From a virus (Duplodnaviria > Heunggongvirae > Uroviricota > Caudoviricetes), in IMG/VR virus record IMGVR_UViG_3300028610_001217: 64,000 bases of DNA; one strand, 5' to 3'. Under the pieces are notes generated by a model. It saw only the letters and a program-made list of their open reading frames with translations. It was not told where the DNA came from and did no database searches. Below are positions 36,347-45,657 of this stretch, one piece after another. Numbering within the stretch: position 1 is the first letter of the stretch; every line of letters starts with the position of its first letter. Position numbers and translations under genes: made by a program.

Positions 36347-36528
36347 GCGCCCTCACCCTTTAAGGCTTTATCGACCAATACAATATGCCCTTCAAGCTCC
36401 TTGATATATGCAATAAGGATGCGAACTTGTAAGGCATCAATCGTAGGCCCATCAAACAAATCCCTTAATTGCGTAAGTTCCTCTATTCCCTCAATATCCG
36501 GCCTATCCATCCTTGTTCGCCACCTCAA
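36343..36528 (-). CDS. hypothetical small protein
   Basis: 61-aa ORF. Confidence 0.25.
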   Translation of the reverse strand: MRWRTRMDRPDIEGIEELTQLRDLFDGPTIDALQVRILIAYIKELEGHIVLVDKALKGEGA

Positions 36529-36748
36529 GCACTATATCAATGCCCTCTAGTGCTACTATGACACCTAGCGCCATGAACATTATAGCTACCGGCCACATAC
36601 CGAGCGTTAATAGGGCTTCAGCTGCTTCGGGGTATTGTATTTCCTGATACCCTGGAACTGAGTTTATACTGCTGGATATTGCTACCGTACTTATGATACA
36701 TAATGTCACTATAAGCAATAATATTCTACGAATCGATTTGGTTATCAT
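36503..36748 (-). CDS. small membrane protein
   Basis: 81 aa with two TM segments. Confidence 0.3.
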   Translation of the reverse strand: MITKSIRRILLLIVTLCIISTVAISSSINSVPGYQEIQYPEAAEALLTLGMWPVAIMFMALGVIVALEGIDIVLEVANKDG

Positions 36749-37064
36749 CCTTGCCCCCCGTAAGCTTATTCACTATTCCCCAGAAACTGACCTTTGGTAT
36801 TTTGGGCACCTTAATTTTAGGCATTATATGCTCGCATCGTTCAGTACCCCTGACTCCTTCACAACGAGCCATCACTTGTACTTTATCGGTTTCCCCAGTA
36901 ATTTCACTGTAGTCGTTTCTTATTTTAACAAGGCAATAATGATCCTCGCGACGCGCCCCGTTTGGTTTCCCCCAAGAATAACGTCCACACTTTATACAGG
37001 GTGGTGCATCTGGCTTCATCATATCCTGCTCAATTCTATATACAGCAAAGCTAATACTTGCCAA
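36726..37064 (-). CDS. Cys-rich small protein (possible family A relative)
   Basis: 112 aa; CIKCGRYSWG...CEGVRGTERCEH. Confidence 0.3.
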   Translation of the reverse strand: MASISFAVYRIEQDMMKPDAPPCIKCGRYSWGKPNGARREDHYCLVKIRNDYSEITGETDKVQVMARCEGVRGTERCEHIMPKIKVPKIPKVSFWGIVNKLTGGKDDNQIDS

Positions 37065-37279
37065 AGCGAGTTACCCGTTACCATGATATCCTCGTACCTA
37101 GCCCTTGCATTAGTTTTTCCGAAATTTAACGAAATTTGCTCTCGACCAGTTATGTCGTTTAACTTATAGCTAAGATCCTCAATATTTGGATGCCAATAAG
37201 GTGGACCCTCAAAAGCATCAAAGCCGTGTTGGCGATAACCTGCTTCCGCTAACGACTTACATATATCTTGATCGTTCAC
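37019..37279 (-). CDS. hypothetical protein, paralog family B (with 41091..41360)
   Basis: MNDQDICKSLAEAGYRQHGFDAFEGPPYWHP versus MKDQEVCKLLAEAGYRQHGLDAFEGPPYWHP; C-terminal SLWQVLALL shared. Confidence 0.4.
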   Translation of the reverse strand: MNDQDICKSLAEAGYRQHGFDAFEGPPYWHPNIEDLSYKLNDITGREQISLNFGKTNARARYEDIMVTGNSLWQVLALLYIELSRI

Positions 37280-37860
37280 GCTCTCTCCTCGCTTACTAAT
37301 CTAACCCCTGGTACTTTCTTACCCGTATAGTAGGATTTTAAAACGTCATCGAGTAATAACGGTTGATAATTCATATCCTCTAGCGATAGGCAAATGTGAT
37401 GCTCCGTTAGCCGCTCGAGGAGCAGCCTATCATATTCACGTATTACCTTGAAGGGGTTATTGTGGAAATGGCCATATATGTTTACATCAATACCTGAAGG
37501 CATTTCCATAAGAACATGCGAAAATAATACCAAATCTCCCATAATCCTATCAACAAAATTATCGCAAACGAAATCCCATCCATGTTCTAAGTACCAGCTA
37601 TTAGTTTCCCTATCGTGATTACCCCTAACCAATACCTTATGGCAAGGCAACGGCTCAATGTACCGCCGGTGAACGTCCTGATTCTTTTCCCGGCTTAAGC
37701 TGATATCTCCCAGATGAATGAGGAGATCATTATTAGTTAAATGCAACAACCTCTCTTCAATGCGCCTATCAAAGTCTACAGGCCGACCGCAAACATCGAC
37801 CATAAGTTCATGGCCAAAGTGTGTATCCGTAGTTATGAATGTTCTAGCCATTAGCCGCAA
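37276..37860 (-). CDS. calcineurin-like metallophosphoesterase
   Basis: TDTHFGH ... GD ... GNHD ... GHFH metal-binding motifs in canonical order; 194 aa. Confidence 0.7.
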   Translation of the reverse strand: MRLMARTFITTDTHFGHELMVDVCGRPVDFDRRIEERLLHLTNNDLLIHLGDISLSREKNQDVHRRYIEPLPCHKVLVRGNHDRETNSWYLEHGWDFVCDNFVDRIMGDLVLFSHVLMEMPSGIDVNIYGHFHNNPFKVIREYDRLLLERLTEHHICLSLEDMNYQPLLLDDVLKSYYTGKKVPGVRLVSEERA

Positions 37861-38338
37861 CCATGACCCGTGGCAATTCCCCCAACAAAGGAATGCTGTC
37901 TACCTCTACCTCATAAGTTTCCCTTAAGGTCATACCCCTCCTGAGGTATCGTCCATTGAAGTCATAATCAAGGCCAGCGCTCGCCATAAGATACTCACAC
38001 TCGCTTTTCGATTCTAACGAAAATTTTATTCCTAATACATTCATAGCAGCATGAGTAAACTTTATCCCCCCGCAGCGAAGATTACAATAAAGATCTTTGC
38101 CGTCTACACCAACCGCCTTATAAAACTCTTGCACAGATGCGTGATAAAAATTATTAGGGCTATTAAGCTCATGATCGTGAAACCTCGAATACGGTATCAC
38201 ATAAAGTTTGCCATTTGCCCCGCGCACAGATATGCGATTATATTTAACTAAAGACTCACGTTGCTCTTCATTCAAATTAGCCCATAACATTTTGTATTCA
38301 GGGCTTTCCGTATTTGGTTTGGTGAATTTTCCCCTCAT
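37844..38338 (-). CDS. tandem paralog family D, copy 1
   Basis: Shares KxLWxNLNEEQRExLVKYNRIxV...GxLxVIPYSRFHDH ... CGG ... NVLGIK ... GMTLxETYEVEVDSIPLLGE with the next three genes and with 55558..56097. Confidence 0.5.
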   Translation of the reverse strand: MRGKFTKPNTESPEYKMLWANLNEEQRESLVKYNRISVRGANGKLYVIPYSRFHDHELNSPNNFYHASVQEFYKAVGVDGKDLYCNLRCGGIKFTHAAMNVLGIKFSLESKSECEYLMASAGLDYDFNGRYLRRGMTLRETYEVEVDSIPLLGELPRVMVAANG

Positions 38339-38793
38339 GGTTTTTCCCCTAAAAATGGAATACTATCTACCTCTATCTCATATGTTTCTTCTAAGGTCAT
38401 ACCTTCTTTAAACCTTCCACTCCATAGTTGACCAAGTAAATGAGCCGCTTGCGCATAGAGTTCAGTTTCTTTCGATTCTAGTAAAAGCTTTATACCTAAC
38501 ACATTAGCAGCTGCTTCGGTTTCATCCGCCCCTCCACAATAAAGTCGACAGAACCTATGTACCCCATTTTCATCCTTCTTAAACAACTGTACCGAGACAT
38601 GATCAAATGGGTCGCCTCTAGACTGAAGCCGATGATCATGAAACCGTGAATAAGGAATCACCAAAAGATTCCCCTTCTTCGTATAAACCGGGATTCGGTT
38701 GTGCTTGACTAAGCATTCCCGCTGTTCCTCATTCAAGTTACGCCAGAGTCGTTTATAGGCTACGCTTTCCGTGTTCGGCTTAGTAAAGCTCAT
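38335..38793 (-). CDS. tandem paralog family D, copy 2
   Basis: MSFTKPNTESVAYKRLWRNLNEEQRECLVKHNRIPV...; ATGA overlap with neighbours. Confidence 0.5.
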   Translation of the reverse strand: MSFTKPNTESVAYKRLWRNLNEEQRECLVKHNRIPVYTKKGNLLVIPYSRFHDHRLQSRGDPFDHVSVQLFKKDENGVHRFCRLYCGGADETEAAANVLGIKLLLESKETELYAQAAHLLGQLWSGRFKEGMTLEETYEIEVDSIPFLGEKP

Positions 38794-39293
38794 GATAATT
38801 GGCCCCGCAACTTATTAACCGCTGATACTGTACGCGGTGGTTTTTCCCCTAATATGAGGATACTATCTATCGGCACTTCGTATGTTTCTTCTAGGGTCAT
38901 ACCTACTTCAAATTCCCCATGAAGTCTGGTGTTGATTGGTCGACATTCCTCAGTATAAAGGTCTGGATCTGTTTCCAGGCAAAGTTTTATTCCCAACACG
39001 TTAGCAGCTGCCTCAGTCTTCTCTAACCCTCCACAATGAATGTAGTAAAGCTTGTATATTCCATCAGGCCACTTACGGAACTGCTGCACCGATACCTGGT
39101 AAAAATAATTAACATGTCTCATCTTAAGCATTTGATCGTGAAATCTAGAATAAGGTATTACAAAGAGACGCCCATCTTCCGTATAAACGGGGATACGATT
39201 ATACTTAACAAGGCATTCTCGTTGCTCTTCATTTAGCTTCCGCCAAAGCCTTTTATAGACTATGTTATTGGGGTCTGGTTTAGTAAAACTCAT
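38790..39293 (-). CDS. tandem paralog family D, copy 3
   Basis: MSFTKPDPNNIVYKRLWRKLNEEQRECLVKYNRIPV... Confidence 0.5.
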   Translation of the reverse strand: MSFTKPDPNNIVYKRLWRKLNEEQRECLVKYNRIPVYTEDGRLFVIPYSRFHDQMLKMRHVNYFYQVSVQQFRKWPDGIYKLYYIHCGGLEKTEAAANVLGIKLCLETDPDLYTEECRPINTRLHGEFEVGMTLEETYEVPIDSILILGEKPPRTVSAVNKLRGQLS

Positions 39294-39748
39294 TACGGTT
39301 CCTCCCCGAGTAAGGGAATACTATCTACTTCTACCTCAAGCGTTTCCTCAAAAGTCATGCCCCTTTCTAGCGGCCAACTAAACCCAGCAGGCATATCATT
39401 GCTTTGTGTGAGATAATCCCTTTGCTTCATTGACTCCAACGAAAGCTTAAGCGCTAACACATTCGAGGCTGCGTGAGTATACTCAATTCCCCCACAGCGA
39501 ACAAAGTTAAAGATATCCCTGCCGTCTCTAGTTCTAGTAAATTGTTGTACTGACATATGGACGAATGCCCTTGAACCCCAATACTCCCCATCATTAAACC
39601 TTGAATAAGGAATTACAAATAGACGGCCATCCCTGCCCCGTACTGGGATCCGATTATATTTGACTAAACAATCCCGTTGCTCTTGGTTGAGGTTTCGCCA
39701 GAGTCTTTTATATTCAATGCTTTCTGTGTTTGGTTTAGTGAATCCCAT
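39293..39748 (-). CDS. tandem paralog family D, copy 4
   Basis: MGFTKPNTESIEYKRLWRNLNQEQRDCLVKYNRIPV... Confidence 0.5.
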   Translation of the reverse strand: MGFTKPNTESIEYKRLWRNLNQEQRDCLVKYNRIPVRGRDGRLFVIPYSRFNDGEYWGSRAFVHMSVQQFTRTRDGRDIFNFVRCGGIEYTHAASNVLALKLSLESMKQRDYLTQSNDMPAGFSWPLERGMTFEETLEVEVDSIPLLGEEP

Positions 39749-39778
39749 ACTACTATTTATACCCCCCCCAAATTCATA

Positions 39779-40147
39779 TTAAACCTGGGCTGCTTCCATC
39801 AACTCCGGATTTTCGTGTATATTACCGATGACTTTAACATGACTGAACCCAGGAAACTCTTCTCGCTGATCCTTTGGGCTTAGATAGAACCACTGATAGT
39901 CCATCCAGATAACTTTCCAGTTAACTTTATCAAAATAAACAATATCCCCCTCAAATATCTCAACCCCGTTCTTGTCGTGTAGGCCGGTGGACTGCATGAG
40001 GATAAGGTCATCATTACGATACCAACCTTCAGAATCTTTACCAATATATTTTAGGGATAAAGCCACCCCGTTATGCGGGGATATATGAAAACCTGTATTA
40101 AACATCTGGTTTTGAACTGTATCCCACGCTCTATACTTCGGTATCAC
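39779..40147 (-). CDS. YopX family protein
   Basis: MIPKYRAWD ... MQSTGLHDKNGVEIFEGDIV ... VIGNIHENPELME; 122 aa, typical YopX layout. Confidence 0.7.
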   Translation of the reverse strand: MIPKYRAWDTVQNQMFNTGFHISPHNGVALSLKYIGKDSEGWYRNDDLILMQSTGLHDKNGVEIFEGDIVYFDKVNWKVIWMDYQWFYLSPKDQREEFPGFSHVKVIGNIHENPELMEAAQV

Positions 40148-40326
40148 TGCAACTCCTCATTACGGTTTTCCCGCCAGCTATCTATAAGCCCGTCCATTAA
40201 TTCTTTCCAAAGTTCATCAGACTTTTTCCTGTATCGTTCCATCCAAAAATATGAACCAACCATAAGCATTGTAAGCCCCAAAAACCACACAACAAAAAAC
40301 CATTGATCTGAGGTTAGGTCAATCAC
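40144..40326 (-). CDS. small membrane protein
   Basis: 60 aa with TM helix WFFVVWFLGLTMLMVGSYFW. Confidence 0.25.
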   Translation of the reverse strand: MIDLTSDQWFFVVWFLGLTMLMVGSYFWMERYRKKSDELWKELMDGLIDSWRENRNEELQ

Positions 40327-40501
40327 CCTTCTTCACCCCTCGATGGCAAGCCGGTAACGCCCTCCCCCGTATTCTTATATCTGGGTCAACGCAACATATT
40401 TGATTAGGCGTTCCGGGCTCCATTTCCTTTAATATCTCCGGATCTCTAATACAATGATATCTACATTCGCCGCATATATCTGGCCTTATAATTTCAGTCA
40501 T
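40319..40501 (-). CDS. small Cys-rich protein
   Basis: 60 aa; CGECRYHC ... C ... C. Confidence 0.25.
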   Translation of the reverse strand: MTEIIRPDICGECRYHCIRDPEILKEMEPGTPNQICCVDPDIRIRGRALPACHRGVKKGD

Positions 40502-40536
40502 ACCTAATTCCTACCCCCAATGTGCGTAAACTAAAC

Positions 40537-40821
40537 TCATTTATATTTGTCGCAGTTCTTCAAGGTCGGTTCATAAAACCTGTTGTCTATAATGAAGCAC
40601 TTACCGTGAATTTCGTACATAATCATTTCTGGCAATAACTCCACAACATTCTCCGCCCCATATGGCACCATTTCTGAGGCAGGAACATGTAGTCTTTCCG
40701 TCCTTTCCTTCGGGGTTTCGCAACCTTGAACTGCTAACGACGCCCCAATAAACAAGGCAATTATTATAAGCTTTTTAATTTTCATCAACACTCTTCCCCC
40801 AAGCCGGTAGCCTAACCACAA
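40537..40821 (-). CDS. secreted/lipoprotein-like small protein
   Basis: N-terminal signal peptide MKIKKLIIIALFIGASLAVQGC with a Cys at the putative lipobox position. Confidence 0.4.
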   Translation of the reverse strand: MWLGYRLGGRVLMKIKKLIIIALFIGASLAVQGCETPKERTERLHVPASEMVPYGAENVVELLPEMIMYEIHGKCFIIDNRFYEPTLKNCDKYK

Positions 40822-41090
40822 ATATAATCGCTGCTATTGCGCCGATGCCTAGCATCAAAATGACCCCTGCAATAGCTATCAGTGCCCAAATAACCGTTTC
40901 ATTGATATCCATAATTAAATCACCCGCTCCAAATAATTGATTGAATGACTAGGTATTTCCATTGAAGCTGTATCAGTTTAAACCACCAAAATTAGGTGAG
41001 TGCTCCCCAGGTCGCCAGCAGTTTGCCAATTAGCGGTAATCCCCTTAATGGACTCTCCCGTTCTTAGGTGTACTATGACGTTGTCTTTCA

Positions 41091-41360
41091 TCAATCCCCT
41101 TTCCCATCTAACTCAACCACTAATAATGCCAATGCTTGCCAAAGCGAATTACTGATTGAAGTGTAATCACCGCAACTCAAAACAACCTGATTTGACATTA
41201 TCTTTAGGTCTATTTGTGTGTCAGCCCTCATACGTTTCTTAAGATAATAATAAAGATCAATAGTGCTAGGGTGCCAATAAGGTGGTCCCTCGAAAGCGTC
41301 AAGACCATGTTGCCTATAACCTGCTTCTGCTAATAACTTGCATACTTCCTGGTCTTTCAT
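41091..41360 (-). CDS. hypothetical protein, paralog family B
   Basis: Paralog of 37019..37279; the two DNA stretches are also alignable. Confidence 0.4.
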   Translation of the reverse strand: MKDQEVCKLLAEAGYRQHGLDAFEGPPYWHPSTIDLYYYLKKRMRADTQIDLKIMSNQVVLSCGDYTSISNSLWQALALLVVELDGKGD

Positions 41361-41633
41361 AATCCCCCCGCAATCGCTTTAGTTATATATACCCCCAACT
41401 ACCAAAATTTAAGCCTATTGAAAGAAGATAAGAATAAGGAAAATAACTATGAGTATGGTGATTTCGTCGTCGTCCACATTCTATTCCATTACTGCGGCAA
41501 TTACCAATAAAGCGAAGCCAACTACCCCTAGAAGCCAACGACCACCCCTATGAAGAGGGATGCGTTCTTGCATCCAGCTGCCATAAACTGCACCTAACGT
41601 AATCCACCCAATTGATTCTAAGAAGCTCATATC

Positions 41634-42056
41634 TTAACCTGCCCTACTTTTTAACCCTTCTACCGTTTCAGCTACTGCCCTTGCCTCTTCAAGATAACTA
41701 TATTGCCTTGTCAACCCTTCGATTTGCGACAAGAATATACGGCATGCTGAGTTATACGCCTGATCATTCGCTACAATGTCTTCAACTGGAAAATAGGCTC
41801 GAACGTTATTCTTAACAGCATTAACATAAACTCTCCTAGCCTTACCCTCCTGACGATCAAGAGCAATCTTCGCAATCCATTCCCCAGCCTCATCAATACG
41901 AAACTTTCGTGCTGCCTCTTTATCGTTCCAAGTAAGCAATTGCTTACCGTGACGTTCATCATAAGCAACCAGCAAGTCTTGAGTGATATGACCATGCTCA
42001 TCATATATCGCCTGACAATACTGTTTAGCTACTGACATTTTAGATGGTTTCTTCAA
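41634..42056 (-). CDS. hypothetical protein
   Basis: 140-aa ORF. Confidence 0.4.
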   Translation of the reverse strand: MKKPSKMSVAKQYCQAIYDEHGHITQDLLVAYDERHGKQLLTWNDKEAARKFRIDEAGEWIAKIALDRQEGKARRVYVNAVKNNVRAYFPVEDIVANDQAYNSACRIFLSQIEGLTRQYSYLEEARAVAETVEGLKSRAG

Positions 42057-42437
42057 AATATCTCCTTTTCCCCTAAAGGGGTGGGGGCCGAAACCCCCAC
42101 CATTACCTAGCTTAACTTGCTATATCCTGAGCCGTGATGGCTTGACGTATCATGGGCTTATGCTGGTTTGCGTTTACCTGCGTTGAGTTGAAGTTCGTTG
42201 TGCTGAAATCTGTTGATGTGGCGTGCAATAGATTGGTGTACCATCTCCTTTAGTAAATTGAGGTGTATTCTCTGTATTATGTACTCCATTGTGATAACTT
42301 GACATATTAGTGTTGTGCATTAGTTTGTGCTACGTTTGAATGTTGTGAGTTCCGTTGTAAGCTATGATTGACTAGGTTGGAATGCAATGACATGCCTTGT
42401 TGTACCCTGACCTGTAATGCGGTGCATTAACTATGTG

Positions 42438-43211
42438 CTATCCATTCACCTCCAGATTGACTATTTCAAACTTGCCAAACCCTTGACCGCTACCAGCTAT
42501 TGAAAAGCCGACGAACTTACCAGCTTTGGCCATCATATTTGCGAAATCCTCAATTGTGATGCGTGAGGTGGGAATCGTTATATCAACTACTATTTCCGCC
42601 CCTTCCGCCAACGCCTCATGATAGGTGAACCCGGTACCCTTCGGGCAAATGCGGGTTTGTTTAATCATTTGACCATTAACAGTTACCGGGTGCGGGTCGA
42701 ACATGATCTTGTCTTTACCATACTTAGGGAAATCATCCAAGAATTCAATTGCCTTCCCCAATAAGCCTCGCCAATGACCGCTTCGAAAGATAAGCTGCCC
42801 TGCTGCATTACGATCAAATAACATATTCCGCTTTTCTTCTTTCGTTTTGCCTTCATCAGGCATTCCGGAAAGGCATGGAGTCTTAAAGCGGATAGTCATT
42901 GTGACATCTTGCCAATCTTTCCACGGTTTTTCACGTGGCCCACCACTAGCCAATCCCCATTCAGCTAATACTTCTTTAATACGTTTTTGGGTGATTTTCT
43001 TGCCGGTCAATTGCAAACCTTGTTTCTTCGGCGTTCCGGCCCTGGTCTCGGTGATCTCCTTCATGGAGGTTTTAAGAATAGTAATAGCTTTGTCAAGGTA
43101 TACTGTGTCCTCGAGCCCTTCACGCAACTCTTCATAAGACAGCCAACCTTCTGATGCCAAACCCTCACATATCCTCAAGACCTCGGCTTTGACCTTCTCT
43201 CCGTTCTTCAT
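42438..43211 (-). CDS. hypothetical protein
   Basis: 257-aa ORF following the endolysin gene. Confidence 0.4.
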   Translation of the reverse strand: MKNGEKVKAEVLRICEGLASEGWLSYEELREGLEDTVYLDKAITILKTSMKEITETRAGTPKKQGLQLTGKKITQKRIKEVLAEWGLASGGPREKPWKDWQDVTMTIRFKTPCLSGMPDEGKTKEEKRNMLFDRNAAGQLIFRSGHWRGLLGKAIEFLDDFPKYGKDKIMFDPHPVTVNGQMIKQTRICPKGTGFTYHEALAEGAEIVVDITIPTSRITIEDFANMMAKAGKFVGFSIAGSGQGFGKFEIVNLEVNG

Positions 43212-43271
43212 TCTTCCCCCTACGGTTGATTCCTTTTCAGAGTATTTACCCTATCACCTTGAAGGCTAAAC

Positions 43272-43994
43272 CTAAATTTCCCCCATACTAGCTACCACTC
43301 CATTTGCCCAAGCTGGGTCCATAGCGTACCCGCGCATTTGCCTTGGGCTACTTACTGCGCCCCAATGCCTAGCGATAAACTCAGCGTGCTCGCGAATGGC
43401 CGTCTCCCAGCTAGGAAATGCCTGATATGGCCTAGTCCCATCCGGCCCTCGTGCGCTGACTACACCGTATCCCGGCGCTGTTCCTGCCGTCATGCCGAAC
43501 GGGTTATGACTCCCCGGTGGTATGTGTCGCCCCAATTGAGACTCCCGCTTAGCTATCCCGGCAGATAGGTTGGGTGGCAAACCGTTGTCGACGGCGGCCA
43601 TGAAAAAGGTTCTTCCTTGACCGGCCAAAGGCGTGCCAGCCAAGTACTGATCAATACGGCCTATCCAATTCCCCCCACGAGCATCAGCTAAGATCCGGCG
43701 ACGGCTGCGCAACTTACTTCGGGACTGTTCGTTTTTCAACCACTCAGGTTCCTTGGTAGTGTCTTTCAATTTATCAATATCCCCCTGCATCGTTTTCTGT
43801 TGACGCTTCAGTGTTTTTAGCTCCTCTTTGATTTCTTCAAGTTGCGTTGTTAAATCTGGATTGACTTCAGGTGGACGGTCGGCAACTCTTGCTAACGTAG
43901 CAAACGCTAAGAGTATTACTGCACCTGTTGCTAGCTTCTTTGCCATAGCTATCCGGCGTTGCTTGCGGGTTTGTTTTTGTTCTCGTAGGGACAT
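43272..43994 (-). CDS. putative peptidoglycan hydrolase (glucosaminidase/FlgJ-like lysozyme-fold domain) with N-terminal membrane anchor
   Basis: N-terminal basic segment and TM helix (AKKLATGAVILLAFATLARVA), then a coiled coil. C-terminal FFMAAVDNG...GIAKRESQLG...NPFGMTA resembles the glucosaminidase family catalytic region. Confidence 0.5.
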   Translation of the reverse strand: MSLREQKQTRKQRRIAMAKKLATGAVILLAFATLARVADRPPEVNPDLTTQLEEIKEELKTLKRQQKTMQGDIDKLKDTTKEPEWLKNEQSRSKLRSRRRILADARGGNWIGRIDQYLAGTPLAGQGRTFFMAAVDNGLPPNLSAGIAKRESQLGRHIPPGSHNPFGMTAGTAPGYGVVSARGPDGTRPYQAFPSWETAIREHAEFIARHWGAVSSPRQMRGYAMDPAWANGVVASMGEI

Positions 43995-44129
43995 AAAGTC
44001 CTCCTTAAAAACAGTGGTGCCCTAACTCGATTGAGGGGCATAGGTTCGGCTTTCGGATATCTCTCTCTATTTTAGTAAAGAGTTCTCCTATTATATACTA
44101 TTATGTTATTAATATTCTATTAGTAAGAT

Positions 44130-44158
44130 ATACTATTCCATTCTAATACAGAAGTCAA
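44130..44158 (-). promoter_or_regulatory. candidate sigma70-like promoter upstream of the endolysin gene
   Basis: Minus strand reads TTGACT - 17 nt - TAGTAT in an AT-rich 240-nt intergenic region with repeated ACTATTA/TATTAT motifs. Confidence 0.3.
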
Positions 44159-44233
44159 TTAAATAACTTAAGAACAACCACCGCAACAAACCACATAACA
44201 TTAGACATAAATATGCCTGCCCAAAATCCTTTG

Positions 44234-44473
44234 CTATACTCCGGCACTTTCAGCCTCCTCCATCATCCGATCATAAATAGCATCAACCTTTACACCAATT
44301 GCTACCAACGTCCCTTCCAAATATTCAATATAATCCGCCATCGCAAGAGCATCATCCTTAATCGCCCCCAACACAGGATGCTCCTTATCCTCTAGAAACT
44401 GCTCAGCTCTATACCGTACCCCCTTTACATCAGGCCTTCCTGGGCTATTCATCAAGCTCCATTTCCTCAACAA
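44234..44473 (-). CDS. hypothetical protein
   Basis: 79-aa ORF. Confidence 0.3.
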   Translation of the reverse strand: MLRKWSLMNSPGRPDVKGVRYRAEQFLEDKEHPVLGAIKDDALAMADYIEYLEGTLVAIGVKVDAIYDRMMEEAESAGV

Positions 44474-44822
44474 CTTTCATTACAACTTCCCTTACAGCCC
44501 CTTTATCAATTCCAATAAAATCAGATATCCCCTCAACCATCTTATCAACATTCACTTTTTCTAAGCCCCAATTAGTTCCATCCCGATATTTGCCCATATC
44601 ACACCACGGACAAACTTTCGTTCCGCCCATTGATGCAGCCTCAACCGGCAACCCGCACTCAATACAAAGTGCCTTAGGGTCATATGGCATCCTTACCTTC
44701 TTGCCGCCCTCAACATTATACTCAGCAACTTCCCAACCCTCGGGGATCTCTTCACTCATAACAACTTCACCAACCACAACCACCATATTAACTGCCACCC
44801 AACGCCGCCAACTATCCCCCAA
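44445..44822 (-). CDS. hypothetical protein with Cys pairs
   Basis: 125 aa; CIECG ... CPWC. Confidence 0.3.
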   Translation of the reverse strand: MGDSWRRWVAVNMVVVVGEVVMSEEIPEGWEVAEYNVEGGKKVRMPYDPKALCIECGLPVEAASMGGTKVCPWCDMGKYRDGTNWGLEKVNVDKMVEGISDFIGIDKGAVREVVMKVVEEMELDE

Positions 44823-45040
44823 AATGGCATAAACCCGTGTACCTTAAATCCCATCATTCTTTTCCACCAAGGCTTTTGTTCTTTATACGCCGCACACCTT
44901 CCGCAATGCGCAGAAAATAACTTCTGCTGCTCCCTATCAGTGCACCACCCAACACTATTTTGAACCTTATGGCATTTATGCCTTAAGTTAGCCCATTCTT
45001 CAATTGGCTCAACCCAAGCTTCAACAATCCCCTTAGCCAC
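44756..45040 (-). CDS. hypothetical protein
   Basis: 94 aa; overlaps its neighbour, so the true start may be internal. Confidence 0.25.
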   Translation of the reverse strand: MAKGIVEAWVEPIEEWANLRHKCHKVQNSVGWCTDREQQKLFSAHCGRCAAYKEQKPWWKRMMGFKVHGFMPFWGIVGGVGWQLIWWLWLVKLL

Positions 45041-45518
45041 CCTCCATCCACTTCCTCAAATACTCCAACCGCTCCTCATTACCCATCGGTGCATATTCTC
45101 GAATGTGATATTTAAAGCCCCGGCTTGCGGAAGCTCTAGCACAACTAGGTCTATGAACATCAGGCCCAAATATATGAAAGTCCATACCATTGCAAGTACA
45201 TAAAGTCGTATGCCATTCATCTTCCTCACCAAAAATCGCCTTAGCAAAATCAACATCAAATATAATTTTTTCTAAGTAGTAAAAGTAATTTTCAGAACCA
45301 CCAAAATCTCTTACGGTTATTTGAAGCTGTGCACCAAGATGAAGGCCGCTGTGAAGCTTATAGCTAAAGATTGGTTCCCCTCGACAATTACCTTCAACTT
45401 TGTGCCCAAACATCCCCCAGCCATTATCAAGCGCCAACTCAATCAGTTGTTTGAGGGTGTTTACTTGTTCACCATTATCCATATATTCCCCTAGGAATAA
45501 CCATACACATAAACACAC
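45033..45518 (-). CDS. hypothetical protein
   Basis: 161-aa ORF. Confidence 0.35.
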   Translation of the reverse strand: MCLCVWLFLGEYMDNGEQVNTLKQLIELALDNGWGMFGHKVEGNCRGEPIFSYKLHSGLHLGAQLQITVRDFGGSENYFYYLEKIIFDVDFAKAIFGEEDEWHTTLCTCNGMDFHIFGPDVHRPSCARASASRGFKYHIREYAPMGNEERLEYLRKWMEGG

Positions 45519-45657
45519 CTGCGCTAAATCCAGAAGCCCATAGATTTCCCGGTGTTGTTACTCGTATTCGATATTGATCAGAGTTACGAAATCCCAACCA
45601 CCAACCAAGATTCGCAATCGCAAAAAACGATACAATTATTTCCCCTATCATGTTACT

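Noticed and set aside
36693-37169. Plus-strand ORF 36693..37169 (158 aa), the longest plus-strand ORF
   Set aside because: Overlaps three minus-strand ORFs belonging to paralog families; hydrophobic/Leu-Ser composition and no start context.
42076-42099. GC hairpin GGTGGGGGCCGAAACCCCCACC as a rho-independent terminator
   Set aside because: No T-tract follows it on either strand, so it is reported as part of the non-coding region rather than called as a terminator.
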